DNA from: Gammaproteobacteria bacterium
GTDB taxonomy: Bacteria; Pseudomonadota; Gammaproteobacteria; Ga0077554; Ga007554
Length of the DNA stretch: 64,000 nucleotides
NCBI GenBank assembly: GCA_040183005.1
Contig: JAMPIW010000007.1
Span: 1,246,188 to 1,310,187, forward strand
Reading direction: 5' to 3'
Shown: positions 1 to 8,148 of the stretch, piece by piece
Layout of the letters: each line of letters starts with the position of its first letter
Numbering within the stretch: position 1 is the stretch's first letter
Notes under the pieces: model-generated
Database searches by the model: none
What the model saw: only the letters and a program-made list of their open reading frames with translations
Told to the model about the DNA's origin: nothing
Position numbers and translations under genes: made by a program

Positions 1-998
1 GACCAGAAGCTGAAGGCGGCTTCATCAAGCGGCTATGGGCAAGCTTGTTTGGCGGTGGCCTACCGGCAGCAACCAAAACCGAGGTTGAGACCAAGGCTAC
101 GACAAGCATCGACGAATCAGATTCCAGGAGAAAGGCTCCGCCTCACAAGGCGCGGTCCGCACCTTCTCAGCAAGCCAAACCGCGCCGCGACGAATCGCAG
201 CGCAAGAGGCCGCCGCGCGGCACAGAGGAACGCAAGAAAACGGTGCCTTCCGAGTTGCCTGCAAAGGCAGAAACAGCCCCGCAAGCGGCCCTTCCTGCCC
301 AAAGAACGCCATCAAGGGCGCTGCCACAGCCCACTTTTGAAGAACCCATTATCGAAGCCGCTGCGGGTGATACCACAACGGAAGCCGGGCAGGCCGTTTC
401 AGGTGAAGCAGAGCTTACGGCAAGAACCGCCGGCCAGCGTCCCGGTGGCCGGCGTGGACGCCGTGGTGGACGCCGCCGCCGTAGAGAACCAAGGGCTCCT
501 GGAGAAGCCGGCACGGAGTTTGCCGGAGACACCGAGGACGCAGGCGGAGAAGAAATGCGGCAGAATGAGAATAATGTTCTCGCCGCCACACCCCGCACGG
601 AACCCAGGATTGAAGCCAGCCACGCATCAACTGAAACTGGCGAATCGCCCCAAGTCGAGAAGAAAACGTCTGCGCCTTATTACCCACCGCGCAGAAATGC
701 CTATCGCCCAGGGAATATTGATCAGCCATCGCCGGACTCCGGCAACGTGGCTGTAGCGGCTGAAAACACAGGTGACGCACCTTCCTTGCCGCCACCCATT
801 AAAGCGACACCGCCTGCCCCTGTCGCAATCCAGGAAAACCGGGGCCAAGAAGAGGCCCGCGCGCCCAGGCAAATGACGTTTATGAGCGAAGCACCGTCTA
901 CCGACGCGACCCCGTCCAATGTCATCCCGGTAGCGCCCAAAGCCACCGTCGAAACTCCTGCCGTCAATCCAAAAACGGATTCGACAGGAAGCGAATAA
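1..998 (+). CDS. rne: C-terminal part of a large protein, probably ribonuclease E (Arg/Pro/Glu-rich scaffold region); the frame is open from position 3, so the 5' end lies outside the window
   Basis: Open frame continues upstream of the listed TTG start at 45. Composition (RRGRRGGRRRRREPR, low complexity, R/E/P/A-rich) is typical of the RNase E C-terminal scaffold. A strong intrinsic terminator follows. Confidence 0.45.
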   Translation, partial: PEAEGGFIKRLWASLFGGGLPAATKTEVETKATTSIDESDSRRKAPPHKARSAPSQQAKPRRDESQRKRPPRGTEERKKTVPSELPAKAETAPQAALPAQRTPSRALPQPTFEEPIIEAAAGDTTTEAGQAVSGEAELTARTAGQRPGGRRGRRGGRRRRREPRAPGEAGTEFAGDTEDAGGEEMRQNENNVLAATPRTEPRIEASHASTETGESPQVEKKTSAPYYPPRRNAYRPGNIDQPSPDSGNVAVAAENTGDAPSLPPPIKATPPAPVAIQENRGQEEARAPRQMTFMSEAPSTDATPSNVIPVAPKATVETPAVNPKTDSTGSE

Positions 999-1012
999 AC
1001 TTTAGCTTCAAG

Positions 1013-1050
1013 ACCGGCGGGTACGGAATACCGTACCCGCCGTTTTTTTT
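1013..1050 (+). terminator. Rho-independent terminator after the rne-like gene
   Basis: Stem cggcgggtacgg / ccgtacccgccg with a 4-nt loop, followed by TTTTTTTT (1043-1050). Confidence 0.8.
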
Positions 1051-1106
1051 GACAACCGAATCGCCGGTTTTAGCTGCAAACATTCAGGCATGAATAAAAC
1101 ACTGCC

Positions 1107-1331
1107 ATGACAGAACCCTCCGCTATCGACCCTCGTCGCTGCCCATTGTGCGGCGCTGAAAATGAATGCAATATGGCCAACGATCGCCAGCACCAACCTT
1201 GCTGGTGCCGCGAGGAATCTTTTCCTCAAACCCTGCTGGACGCAGTTCCGCCTGCCGCAAAGCACAAGGCCTGTATCTGTAAACGCTGCGCCCAGGCCCA
1301 TACTATCCCTGGCCTCGCAGAGGCTTTATAA
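1107..1331 (+). CDS. Small cysteine-rich protein, CWC-type (CxxC ... PCWC ... CxCxxC)
   Basis: 74-aa ORF with an ATG at 1107. It carries CPLCG, PCWCRE and CICKRC motifs, resembling the Cys-rich CWC family. Function unknown. Confidence 0.5.
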   Translation: MTEPSAIDPRRCPLCGAENECNMANDRQHQPCWCREESFPQTLLDAVPPAAKHKACICKRCAQAHTIPGLAEAL

Positions 1332-1451
1332 TCGCCTGATTTTAAGCGACTTATCGGCTTCTCAGGCTTTCGGTCTGGATAAATCTGGCAATATACTTCA
1401 TAGTGCTGCGTACGTTATTAATATGCTTTAAAAATACAATGGAGGGCAACG

Positions 1452-2489
1452 ATGTCTGCATCATCGAAAAATGAAAACCAGGGCAATTGGGAAGTACCAG
1501 AAGGCATGGACCCGATGCGGGTCATGCAAGTGGCCTCCGGCTACTGGCAATCCTGCGTCCTGCACGCGGCTAACCGGCTCGATATTTTCAATCTGCTGGA
1601 CGGCAAAGCAAAAGACCTGGACACCTTGACCAATGAAACCGGCGCCGACCGGCGTTGTCTGGGCGCACTGCTCAGCGCCCTGGTCTCGATCGACTTCCTC
1701 GACCGTGATGGCGATGTGTTCCGCAACAACCCGTTTAGTCAAACCTTTCTCACCAGCTCCAGCAAATTCTACCAGGGCGGCATCGTCTACATGTTCGAAA
1801 ACTGGTATCAGGCCTGGGGCGGACTGTATAACACGGTAAAAACCGGCACGCCGTCGGCGCTGATGCATCAGGAGTACAGCGACGAAGAAACACGCAATTA
1901 CATGATGGGCATGCACAATCGCGCGCTGTCGCAATCCAATCTATTGACCAGCCTGTTCGATCTTTCGGGTAAAAAACAGCTGATGGACGTGGGCTGCGGC
2001 CCGGCGACCTTTGCCGTGAAATTCTGCGAGAGTTATCCCGGCCTGAATGCCGTGGCCATGGACCGCCCGCAGAACCTGAAAATCGCCAAAGAAATCGTCG
2101 ACATGTACCACATGCAGGATCGCGTCAAGCTCCTGCCCGGCGACTACAACACCGACAGCCTGGGCACCGGCAATGACGCCATGCTGCTATCGTCGATGAC
2201 CAACCAGGAATCGCCGGAAAACATCAAAAAACTGCTCAAGAAGTGTTATGACTCCATGAACAAAGATGGCGTCATCATGATCCAGGAACAGCTGTTGCAT
2301 GCCGACAAAAAAGGGCCTGCGCTCGCTGCGCTGATTGGAGTCAACCAGATCATCAACACCGTCAGCGGCACCTCCTACTCCACCACCGAGATGGAAAATA
2401 TCCTCCGCGAAGTGGGGTTTGTGGACATAAAATCAGAGCAAATGGCACCCCCCAGCCCATTTATCATGGTCTCGGGGTACAAACGCTAA
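1452..2489 (+). CDS. Class I SAM-dependent O-methyltransferase (family-2 OMT with an N-terminal dimerisation-like region)
   Basis: 345 aa. Glycine-rich SAM motif LMDVGCGPATFA and OMT-like overall architecture. SD-like GGAGGG sits upstream of the ATG. Confidence 0.75.
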   Translation: MSASSKNENQGNWEVPEGMDPMRVMQVASGYWQSCVLHAANRLDIFNLLDGKAKDLDTLTNETGADRRCLGALLSALVSIDFLDRDGDVFRNNPFSQTFLTSSSKFYQGGIVYMFENWYQAWGGLYNTVKTGTPSALMHQEYSDEETRNYMMGMHNRALSQSNLLTSLFDLSGKKQLMDVGCGPATFAVKFCESYPGLNAVAMDRPQNLKIAKEIVDMYHMQDRVKLLPGDYNTDSLGTGNDAMLLSSMTNQESPENIKKLLKKCYDSMNKDGVIMIQEQLLHADKKGPALAALIGVNQIINTVSGTSYSTTEMENILREVGFVDIKSEQMAPPSPFIMVSGYKR

Positions 2490-2534
2490 ACCCTATTGGT
2501 TTGCCTGCGCTGTTTAAAACCGTGCTCAAGCTCG

Positions 2535-2570
2535 TAGGATGCGGTTCCCGTTGGTCACCGCATCCTACCA
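2535..2570. terminator. Perfect 12-bp stem hairpin between the convergent OMT and hypothetical genes (possible bidirectional terminator; no U-tract)
   Basis: gtaggatgcggt - 11-nt loop - accgcatcctac. Confidence 0.35.
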
Positions 2571-2589
2571 AGCTAACCCAGGGTACGCG

Positions 2590-3333
2590 CTAATGTACCG
2601 GGGAGGAAATCTGGCCACGAATTAAATCAGCAATGGCAATGTCACTGGCAAACTCTACAGTTTTGTCGGTATAGTAGTTTGCCCGCGTGTACTGTTTTAC
2701 ACCAATTGCACGCACATCTTCGACTAAAGCTAAAACGTAAGCTGATTCTTTGCGGCGCGCACAATCAAGAAAAATAATCTCGGCCTCCATTAACCGTTGC
2801 GCAGATGTTGCAGCAACAATCAATACTGGTCGGGGGACCACCAAGTAAGCATCCACAAAAATGGATTTGCTTTCGTCAGCAGCCACATCGCGGCGCATGA
2901 TGATATTGGCGGATTTTGCAACTTGTTCAACGATATCCATAATACGCTCACGAAAACCTGAAGTTTGGCGTGTTTGGCGCAAACAGGACAGTGCAACAAG
3001 CTGAGAGGCTGCTTCGGCAACTGCAAAAGCTCGCTCGGCGATTGTTATATTATCCGCTAGTGAATAGAGCGTCTCACCATCTTGGTCGCAACATACCCCC
3101 AGCAATGATTGCAAATCTGCAATACGTGCTTGCACCCGTTCGGACTCGGGATCAACGCCACTTGCAGCAAGACGAAACAAAGCTTCACCATTATCGTCCA
3201 ACTGCCAGCCTTGTGATAGGCGGCGGGCAAAAATTACGATGTTATCGCCATCATCAAAATGAAACGGGGTGATTAACTGCCCGCCCTCTGTTGTTTCGCG
3301 CCATACCAGCGATTTGCAAAAATCTGGCTTCAT
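2590..3333 (-). CDS. Hypothetical protein (distal gene of a two-gene cassette). The longest ORF extends to 3378, but the ATG at 3333-3331 overlaps the upstream stop as ATGA.
   Basis: 262-aa ORF (247 aa from the coupled start). No recognisable catalytic motif. ATGA stop/start overlap with the upstream 162-aa gene. Confidence 0.5.
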   Translation of the reverse strand: MKPDFCKSLVWRETTEGGQLITPFHFDDGDNIVIFARRLSQGWQLDDNGEALFRLAASGVDPESERVQARIADLQSLLGVCCDQDGETLYSLADNITIAERAFAVAEAASQLVALSCLRQTRQTSGFRERIMDIVEQVAKSANIIMRRDVAADESKSIFVDAYLVVPRPVLIVAATSAQRLMEAEIIFLDCARRKESAYVLALVEDVRAIGVKQYTRANYYTDKTVEFASDIAIADLIRGQISSPVH

Positions 3334-3818
3334 GACAGCAACTCGCCTTCGCCCAGTGTAATACCACAACAGCGACAAAAAATACTTACAAGCTGAAGAC
3401 GGTCTGTCGCGTTGGCTGGGTTTAGACCTTGCGGCGTGTCGAGAGCAAGCTCTGGGGCGCCGGGCAAAAGGCGGTCTAAGTAATCTCGGTCAGTTTGACA
3501 GTTAAGCATGATACATGATACGTATCCCTTTGTGGCTGGGATGATAATGCAAAATCGCGAGCGGGAGCAGCCCCCACTAGGCAGCCCGTCTTGAAACAAG
3601 TGCGCAAAAAACGCACGGCGCTCCAGAGTGTCACCATCACGCACCAGAAATATAACCAACAAGTTATCGGCAACTTGCGCCGGCCCAGCAACAAGTAAAC
3701 GCTTACCGCCCATTTTATCCAGTGGCCGAGGTAACCCGCCACGCTTAAGTGGACGGAATTGAATCGCGGTTAGTCGCTTGGCTTGATGTTTAAGCGAGCC
3801 CAGTTCCTGTTTACGCAT
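3330..3818 (-). CDS. Hypothetical protein (proximal gene of the two-gene cassette), Cys-containing C-terminus (CRCCG)
   Basis: 162-aa ORF translationally coupled to the downstream gene. An imperfect palindrome ccaggatatttctaatatccgg lies 52-74 bp upstream. Confidence 0.5.
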   Translation of the reverse strand: MRKQELGSLKHQAKRLTAIQFRPLKRGGLPRPLDKMGGKRLLVAGPAQVADNLLVIFLVRDGDTLERRAFFAHLFQDGLPSGGCSRSRFCIIIPATKGYVSCIMLNCQTDRDYLDRLLPGAPELALDTPQGLNPANATDRLQLVSIFCRCCGITLGEGELLS

Positions 3819-4000
3819 GGTTTGCTCTGTAAATTTATTGAAATTTAGTGGGGCAGTATACTACTTAACCAGGATATTTCTAATATCCGGGCGGCGATTG
3901 TGGCGCCAGGTTAAAACAAGTAACCCGGATGAAGCGATAGCGTAATCCGAGGGCTCTCCGTCGCACCCCGAATTGAGTGTTACTCGATCCTGGCCACTTA

Positions 4001-4008
4001 CTATTTTT
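4001..4008. repeat. 8-bp target-site duplication CTATTTTT flanking the ISL3 element (second copy at 5387-5394)
   Basis: Identical CTATTTTT sits immediately outside both IR ends. ISL3 elements are known to generate 8-bp AT-rich duplications. Confidence 0.7.
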
Positions 4009-5386
4009 GGCTCTTCGCGTGATCGTGTGGGTAAATTTCATGTTTTTTAGAGCCTCGGGAGCATAGACGTGAGTATTTTTAGTCGCAGATATTCTTCATC
4101 GCGCAGACCATATGCACGGCGTTGGATGACGCGTATCTTATTGTTGAGCCCCTCAACAAAGCCGAGTGAAACTTTATTCTCTGGCTTGCAATAGGCTGCG
4201 ATCCCATCCCAATGGCGCTCAATCATCTCGGCAAATTTCTCGTAAGGTTTCAGGCGCTGCCACTTCAGGCTGGTTTTCCAATTCTCGAAGAAACGCCGCG
4301 CCCATGCTTCGCTCCTGTAATCCCACAACTGGCCAAACGACTCTTTCAGCAGGTACGCCGTGTTCAGCCGTTTGTTCGCTGCCAGCAAAGCCTTCAAAGA
4401 ACGTCTGCCGTCCAGTGTCATATTTTCGTGATTGGAAAGCAGTACGTATTTCTGCCCCTTAATGTAGCGCCTATCCTTGCCCTGAAGACGTGCATATTCC
4501 ATCTTTCTGACTTTATCCAGAGCATCGCCGAGATGGCTCATGATGTGGAATTTGTCGAACAGGATGGCCGCCTGCGGGGCGCGTTCGTTGGTTACGTTAC
4601 GAAAGGGCTTCCACATATCCATCACTGCAAGACAAATGCCTTTGGATTTCTTCTCTCCCAGCCAGTCATAGAACTGTCGCATGCTGTCCTCCGAACGGTC
4701 GGCACCGCCAAACCAGATGGGACGACCACGGATCAAGTCGCTGACTACAATGCGATAGGTATGTCCTTTGCGAATCGATATTTCGTCGATGCCAATGGCC
4801 TTGGGTGCTGGCGTTCCGGCGCGTTCCAGTTGCGCGGTCATGTATTGCTTGTCCAGTTCCTTGACGGTGTGCCAGTCCAGAAGCAATTCGCGGGCAATGT
4901 CCGACACCGTGCTGGCGCGACACCGTCTGCCTACATACCAAGAAAATCGCTTTGTATAGAGTGGGTTGTCGGCGAGAAAGTCGAGTCGTTCGCGTTTCAC
5001 TTTCCCGCAGTGCCGACAAAGCACCCGTCGAATTTCGATTTCCAGATAGATACGTGTGTCGCCACAGGAGAGGTCGCGAACTCGTCGAAGCCTCTTGTCG
5101 TACCAACCAGAGCGCGTTCTGCCGCAACTGTTGCAGGCCGTTTTTTTGAGCGCCGAACGAGCGTGATGATCCGTGCTTTGGAGTCGCCAAAGATGCCGCG
5201 TATCTTTTCCAGCGGGCGAAAACAGGGGAATCGGTATGCGTCGAGAATGCGTTTGGGTTTGCGTGAAATAGCCATTGAAAAAACCTCCCATTTTCTGCAA
5301 CAGGTGCAGGATGCATTTTGCCTGATGCCACAAGGCTTGCGGAGGTTTTCATGTTAAATTTCACCCACTCGATTTCACGAAGACCC
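4009..5386 (-). mobile_element. Complete ISL3-family insertion sequence (1378 bp) with imperfect ~30-bp terminal inverted repeats starting GGCTCTTCG / GGGTCTTCG
   Basis: The IR at 4009 (ggctcttcgcgtgatcgtgtgggtaaatttcatg) matches the reverse complement of 5353-5386 (gggtcttcgtgaaatcgagtgggtgaaatttaacatg) at about 24/30 positions. It encloses a single ISL3-type transposase gene. Confidence 0.85.
4047..5333 (-). CDS. ISL3-family transposase (zinc-finger N-terminal region plus DDE domain)
   Basis: 428 aa. CxxC...CxxC zinc-finger block (CNSCGRT...CRHCGKV) followed by an ISL3-type catalytic region. The true start may be an internal Met (for example MGGFFNG). Confidence 0.85.
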   Translation of the reverse strand: MWHQAKCILHLLQKMGGFFNGYFTQTQTHSRRIPIPLFSPAGKDTRHLWRLQSTDHHARSALKKTACNSCGRTRSGWYDKRLRRVRDLSCGDTRIYLEIEIRRVLCRHCGKVKRERLDFLADNPLYTKRFSWYVGRRCRASTVSDIARELLLDWHTVKELDKQYMTAQLERAGTPAPKAIGIDEISIRKGHTYRIVVSDLIRGRPIWFGGADRSEDSMRQFYDWLGEKKSKGICLAVMDMWKPFRNVTNERAPQAAILFDKFHIMSHLGDALDKVRKMEYARLQGKDRRYIKGQKYVLLSNHENMTLDGRRSLKALLAANKRLNTAYLLKESFGQLWDYRSEAWARRFFENWKTSLKWQRLKPYEKFAEMIERHWDGIAAYCKPENKVSLGFVEGLNNKIRVIQRRAYGLRDEEYLRLKILTSMLPRL

Positions 5387-5578
5387 CTATTTTTTTTCAT
5401 ATCACACCCCAGTTATCACACGTCCATGGGGTCTACTATCGAGCTTGCAGGCGAGCATTACCACGTTACCTCGCGGGTGTGATCGTCTCATGAACCGGGA
5501 CACACTCTGAGTACTGCCCTGTCCAATTGCCGTATTTAGGATGATGCAATACGTTCTACTTTTACCTGCGAACTCCTC

Positions 5579-7066
5579 TCATCCGTTGGCAATAGTCTCT
5601 GCCCGTATCGCAAGCCCCTTTGCCACACTGCCAAAACTATCGCCATAGACGATGGGGACGCCTGGAAATTGTTCACGGACGATCTGATTCATCAGGGGAA
5701 TTTTCGACGTTCCACCGGTCATGAATATCTCATCCGGCGGTGCTTTAGCATGACTACAAGCGGCCTGCATCAGGTGGATAATTTTTCCGATATAGTGATG
5801 TATGGTGTGCTCCAATTCCGCCCGACTCACAGATATGTCTATCGGATTTTCAAAGTAATCGAGCGGCACAATCGTATCATCCTTATCGGAAAGCCCGATT
5901 TTTCCTAGCTCTGCACTGCGATTGACCCGCATGGATAAATGACCTTCCCTGAGTTCGATGAGCCGCCGAATAGGCACTTGATCAACCGCATCGCGCAAAT
6001 AGTCGTTGAGCTCCTTCGCCATGGCCCTGCCATAAAATCGGGTCTGGGCTGGGATATCGGTAACAGACAGCGCATCCATGATGCCGCGCTTGGGTACCGG
6101 CAATCCCGATTTGAAATGCGTGCCAATACCCAATGCCGGACCAAAGAATGCCTTGGCAAACGACACATCCAGATCGGTACCGCCCAGCCGCTCCCCAGTG
6201 GTACTGAGAATGTCGGCCTCTCGATCCGCCTTCATTTTTCTGTCTGGCCCCAGCTTCATCAGGGTGCAATCGGTAGTGCCGCCGCCCGCATCCAACACCA
6301 GAACGGTCTTATCGGTAGTGAGCTGATGCTCGTAAGCCACTGCCGCCGCAATCGGTTCATACTCGAAAATAAAATCATTGATCCCTGCCTCAGCGGCTGC
6401 GCGACGCATGATGTCCAGCGCGCCCGGTTCAAAGGCGCGCGCGCCGTGGTATTTGACAGGCCTGCCCAGCACGATTAGCTCGGCTTCCGCCCCCAGCGCC
6501 CGTTCTGCACTCAACTTGAGGTGGCGCAAAAACACCGCTGTGATCGCTACAAATAATTCAACTTTGTCGGGGTGAAGTTCCACGGCAAGAAAGTTTTTAG
6601 GCGATTTAATCAAATACCCAATACTTGGGTCATCCATATGCATACGTAGCGCTTCAGTACCCAGCAGTACCTCAGACGTCCGAATCAGTGATGCGCTCAA
6701 GCTCTGTGGTTTACCTCCTTGTTCGGCGTGCAGCAAGGCCTCTCTGCGCACAGCATTACGCGCCATCATTTGGATGCCGGCTTCGTCCAGCGCCTCCAGG
6801 CCAGTTGGCTCTATCGAAATACCCGATAGGTGTCCTTCAGTCTGTCGCCTTTGCCTGAGCGCTGCCTGTTCTTCTCGCAGCGATGCGGCAATGATTTCAA
6901 TGTCGCTATTGGACAGGGTAAGGTGCCGAATCGGTGAACGTGCCACCCACAATACTGAAGGAAGAAAAGCGCTCCCGGACTCGAGCTGAACCAGACAGGG
7001 TTCGCCATCATGTACAAACGATGCGGCACAATTTGAGGTGCCATAGTCGATAGCGATTGTTTTCAT
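5579..7066 (-). CDS. Hsp70-family ATPase, YegD-like (actin-like ATPase fold, no canonical substrate-binding/lid domain)
   Basis: 495 aa. Hsp70 motifs IAIDYGTSN, LVLDAGGGTTD, IFMTGGTS. Confidence 0.75.
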   Translation of the reverse strand: MKTIAIDYGTSNCAASFVHDGEPCLVQLESGSAFLPSVLWVARSPIRHLTLSNSDIEIIAASLREEQAALRQRRQTEGHLSGISIEPTGLEALDEAGIQMMARNAVRREALLHAEQGGKPQSLSASLIRTSEVLLGTEALRMHMDDPSIGYLIKSPKNFLAVELHPDKVELFVAITAVFLRHLKLSAERALGAEAELIVLGRPVKYHGARAFEPGALDIMRRAAAEAGINDFIFEYEPIAAAVAYEHQLTTDKTVLVLDAGGGTTDCTLMKLGPDRKMKADREADILSTTGERLGGTDLDVSFAKAFFGPALGIGTHFKSGLPVPKRGIMDALSVTDIPAQTRFYGRAMAKELNDYLRDAVDQVPIRRLIELREGHLSMRVNRSAELGKIGLSDKDDTIVPLDYFENPIDISVSRAELEHTIHHYIGKIIHLMQAACSHAKAPPDEIFMTGGTSKIPLMNQIVREQFPGVPIVYGDSFGSVAKGLAIRAETIANG

Positions 7067-7158
7067 ATTGGCAGGGATTGCAAATTAAACGAGGGGTGAT
7101 GAGAATAATTCAATGGCGAACTGGCCCATCGCTTGTTTCCAGCCTCAGTAGCCTGCTC

Positions 7159-7632
7159 TCAACGTCGAGGTTTTCTGACCTCTGCTATCAGCCCCTCGGC
7201 GGCGGCCTCGATCAGGTCCAACACGCGCTCAAATCCGGTGAGTCCGCCATAATACGGATCGGGCACTTCCTTCTCACTGAGGTGCGGGGCGTATTCCAGA
7301 AACAGCTTGAGTTTGTGCTGATAACCCGGTGGGCAAACCGCGCGCAAGTTATCCAGGTTTTCCTCATCCATCGCCAGAATATAATCAAAGCTGTCAAAAT
7401 CTGTCACGTCTACCCGGCGCGCGCGTTGTGCGCTGAGATCAACCCCGCGCCGCAACGCCGCTACCTGGGAACGACGGTCCGGCTCATGTCCAATGTGATA
7501 GGCGTGCGTACCCGCCGAATCGATCTCGACGATGGATTCCAGGCCATGCTGGCTCACCAGATTCCGAAACACACCCTCAGCCGTCGGCGAACGGCAGATA
7601 TTACCCATGCAAACGAATAAAACACGTACCAT
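7159..7632 (-). CDS. Low-molecular-weight protein tyrosine phosphatase
   Basis: N-terminal P-loop CMGNICRS (CX5R) and a DPYY motif; 157 aa. Confidence 0.85.
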   Translation of the reverse strand: MVRVLFVCMGNICRSPTAEGVFRNLVSQHGLESIVEIDSAGTHAYHIGHEPDRRSQVAALRRGVDLSAQRARRVDVTDFDSFDYILAMDEENLDNLRAVCPPGYQHKLKLFLEYAPHLSEKEVPDPYYGGLTGFERVLDLIEAAAEGLIAEVRKPRR

Positions 7633-7678
7633 TTTCTACTCCGGAATACGGTGGTTTAACTTTAAAAAACTATATGAA

Positions 7679-7803
7679 CCGCAGAGCGCGCGGAGAGCGC
7701 AAAGAAATTCATATGGTTAGCGTAAGGCGCACTTTCACCCAGCGGGTGACTCGACACAACTTGCCAAGGTCTTTTTTCTCTGCGTTCTCCGTGCGCTCTG
7801 CGG
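7679..7803. repeat. Family-1 intergenic inverted-repeat element, copy A (~125 bp; arms built from three GCAGAG-type units followed by an A-run)
   Basis: Left arm ccgcagagcgcgcggagagcgcaaagaaa. The reverse complement of the right arm is ccgcagagcgcacggagaacgcagagaaaaa. The central part is homologous (in inverted orientation) to the copy at 58654-58783, including the shared GTTAGCGTAA...CAAGGTC core. Confidence 0.6.
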
Positions 7804-7863
7804 TGAATCGCCGTTTTTAAGCCTTACCTTGCTTTTCAATCTGACTACTTCTAGCATAGGATC

Positions 7864-8148
7864 ATGACGTACTACCCCGAACACACGCCCTCTTACTCCC
7901 TGACGCAATTGCGCGGCCTGATCGGCCTGCATGTTCACTATAACGGCGCGCGCTGCCAGATTATTGAAGTGCTGGAGGATGAGCCAGCGCTAATCCTTCA
8001 GGATTGCGAGAGGCACACCATGATCCAGCCGGATCAGCTCGGCGAGGCCCACCGCCGTGTGCCCTCTACCTTTACCATCCCTGTCCTGAACGGCGATAAA
8101 ACCGAGCTCAATCCGGTGTTTTTGGACCTGAATTTGCTGGGCGCTTAA
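7864..8148 (+). CDS. Hypothetical 94-aa protein on the opposite strand, in the gap between kdsB and ptp
   Basis: ORF with a weak SD. No recognisable motifs. Overlaps the kdsB 3' end by 4 nt. Confidence 0.3.
   Translation: MTYYPEHTPSYSLTQLRGLIGLHVHYNGARCQIIEVLEDEPALILQDCERHTMIQPDQLGEAHRRVPSTFTIPVLNGDKTELNPVFLDLNLLGA

Noticed and set aside
49-795. Several overlapping ORFs (49-756 +, 167-598 -, 415-795 -, and others) inside the rne-like region
   Set aside because: They are alternative-frame or antisense shadows in a GC-rich, Arg/Pro codon-rich low-complexity region. Only the frame continuing from the window start into a strong terminator is coherent.
2590-3378. Full-length 262-aa version of the distal cassette gene starting at 3378
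   Set aside because: It would overlap the upstream gene by 49 bp. The ATG at 3333 gives a classic ATGA stop/start overlap instead, so it is kept as an alternative only.
4997-5275. 92-aa minus-strand ORF in another frame inside the IS
   Set aside because: It overlaps the intact 428-aa transposase frame, which already contains the zinc-finger and DDE regions, so there is no need to invoke a frameshifted N-terminus.
4212-5357. 381-aa plus-strand ORF antisense to the ISL3 transposase
   Set aside because: Antisense shadow ORF within a gene that has clear transposase motifs. It has no motifs of its own.
5939-6478. 179-aa plus-strand ORF antisense to the Hsp70-like gene
   Set aside because: Shadow ORF within a confidently assigned Hsp70-family gene.
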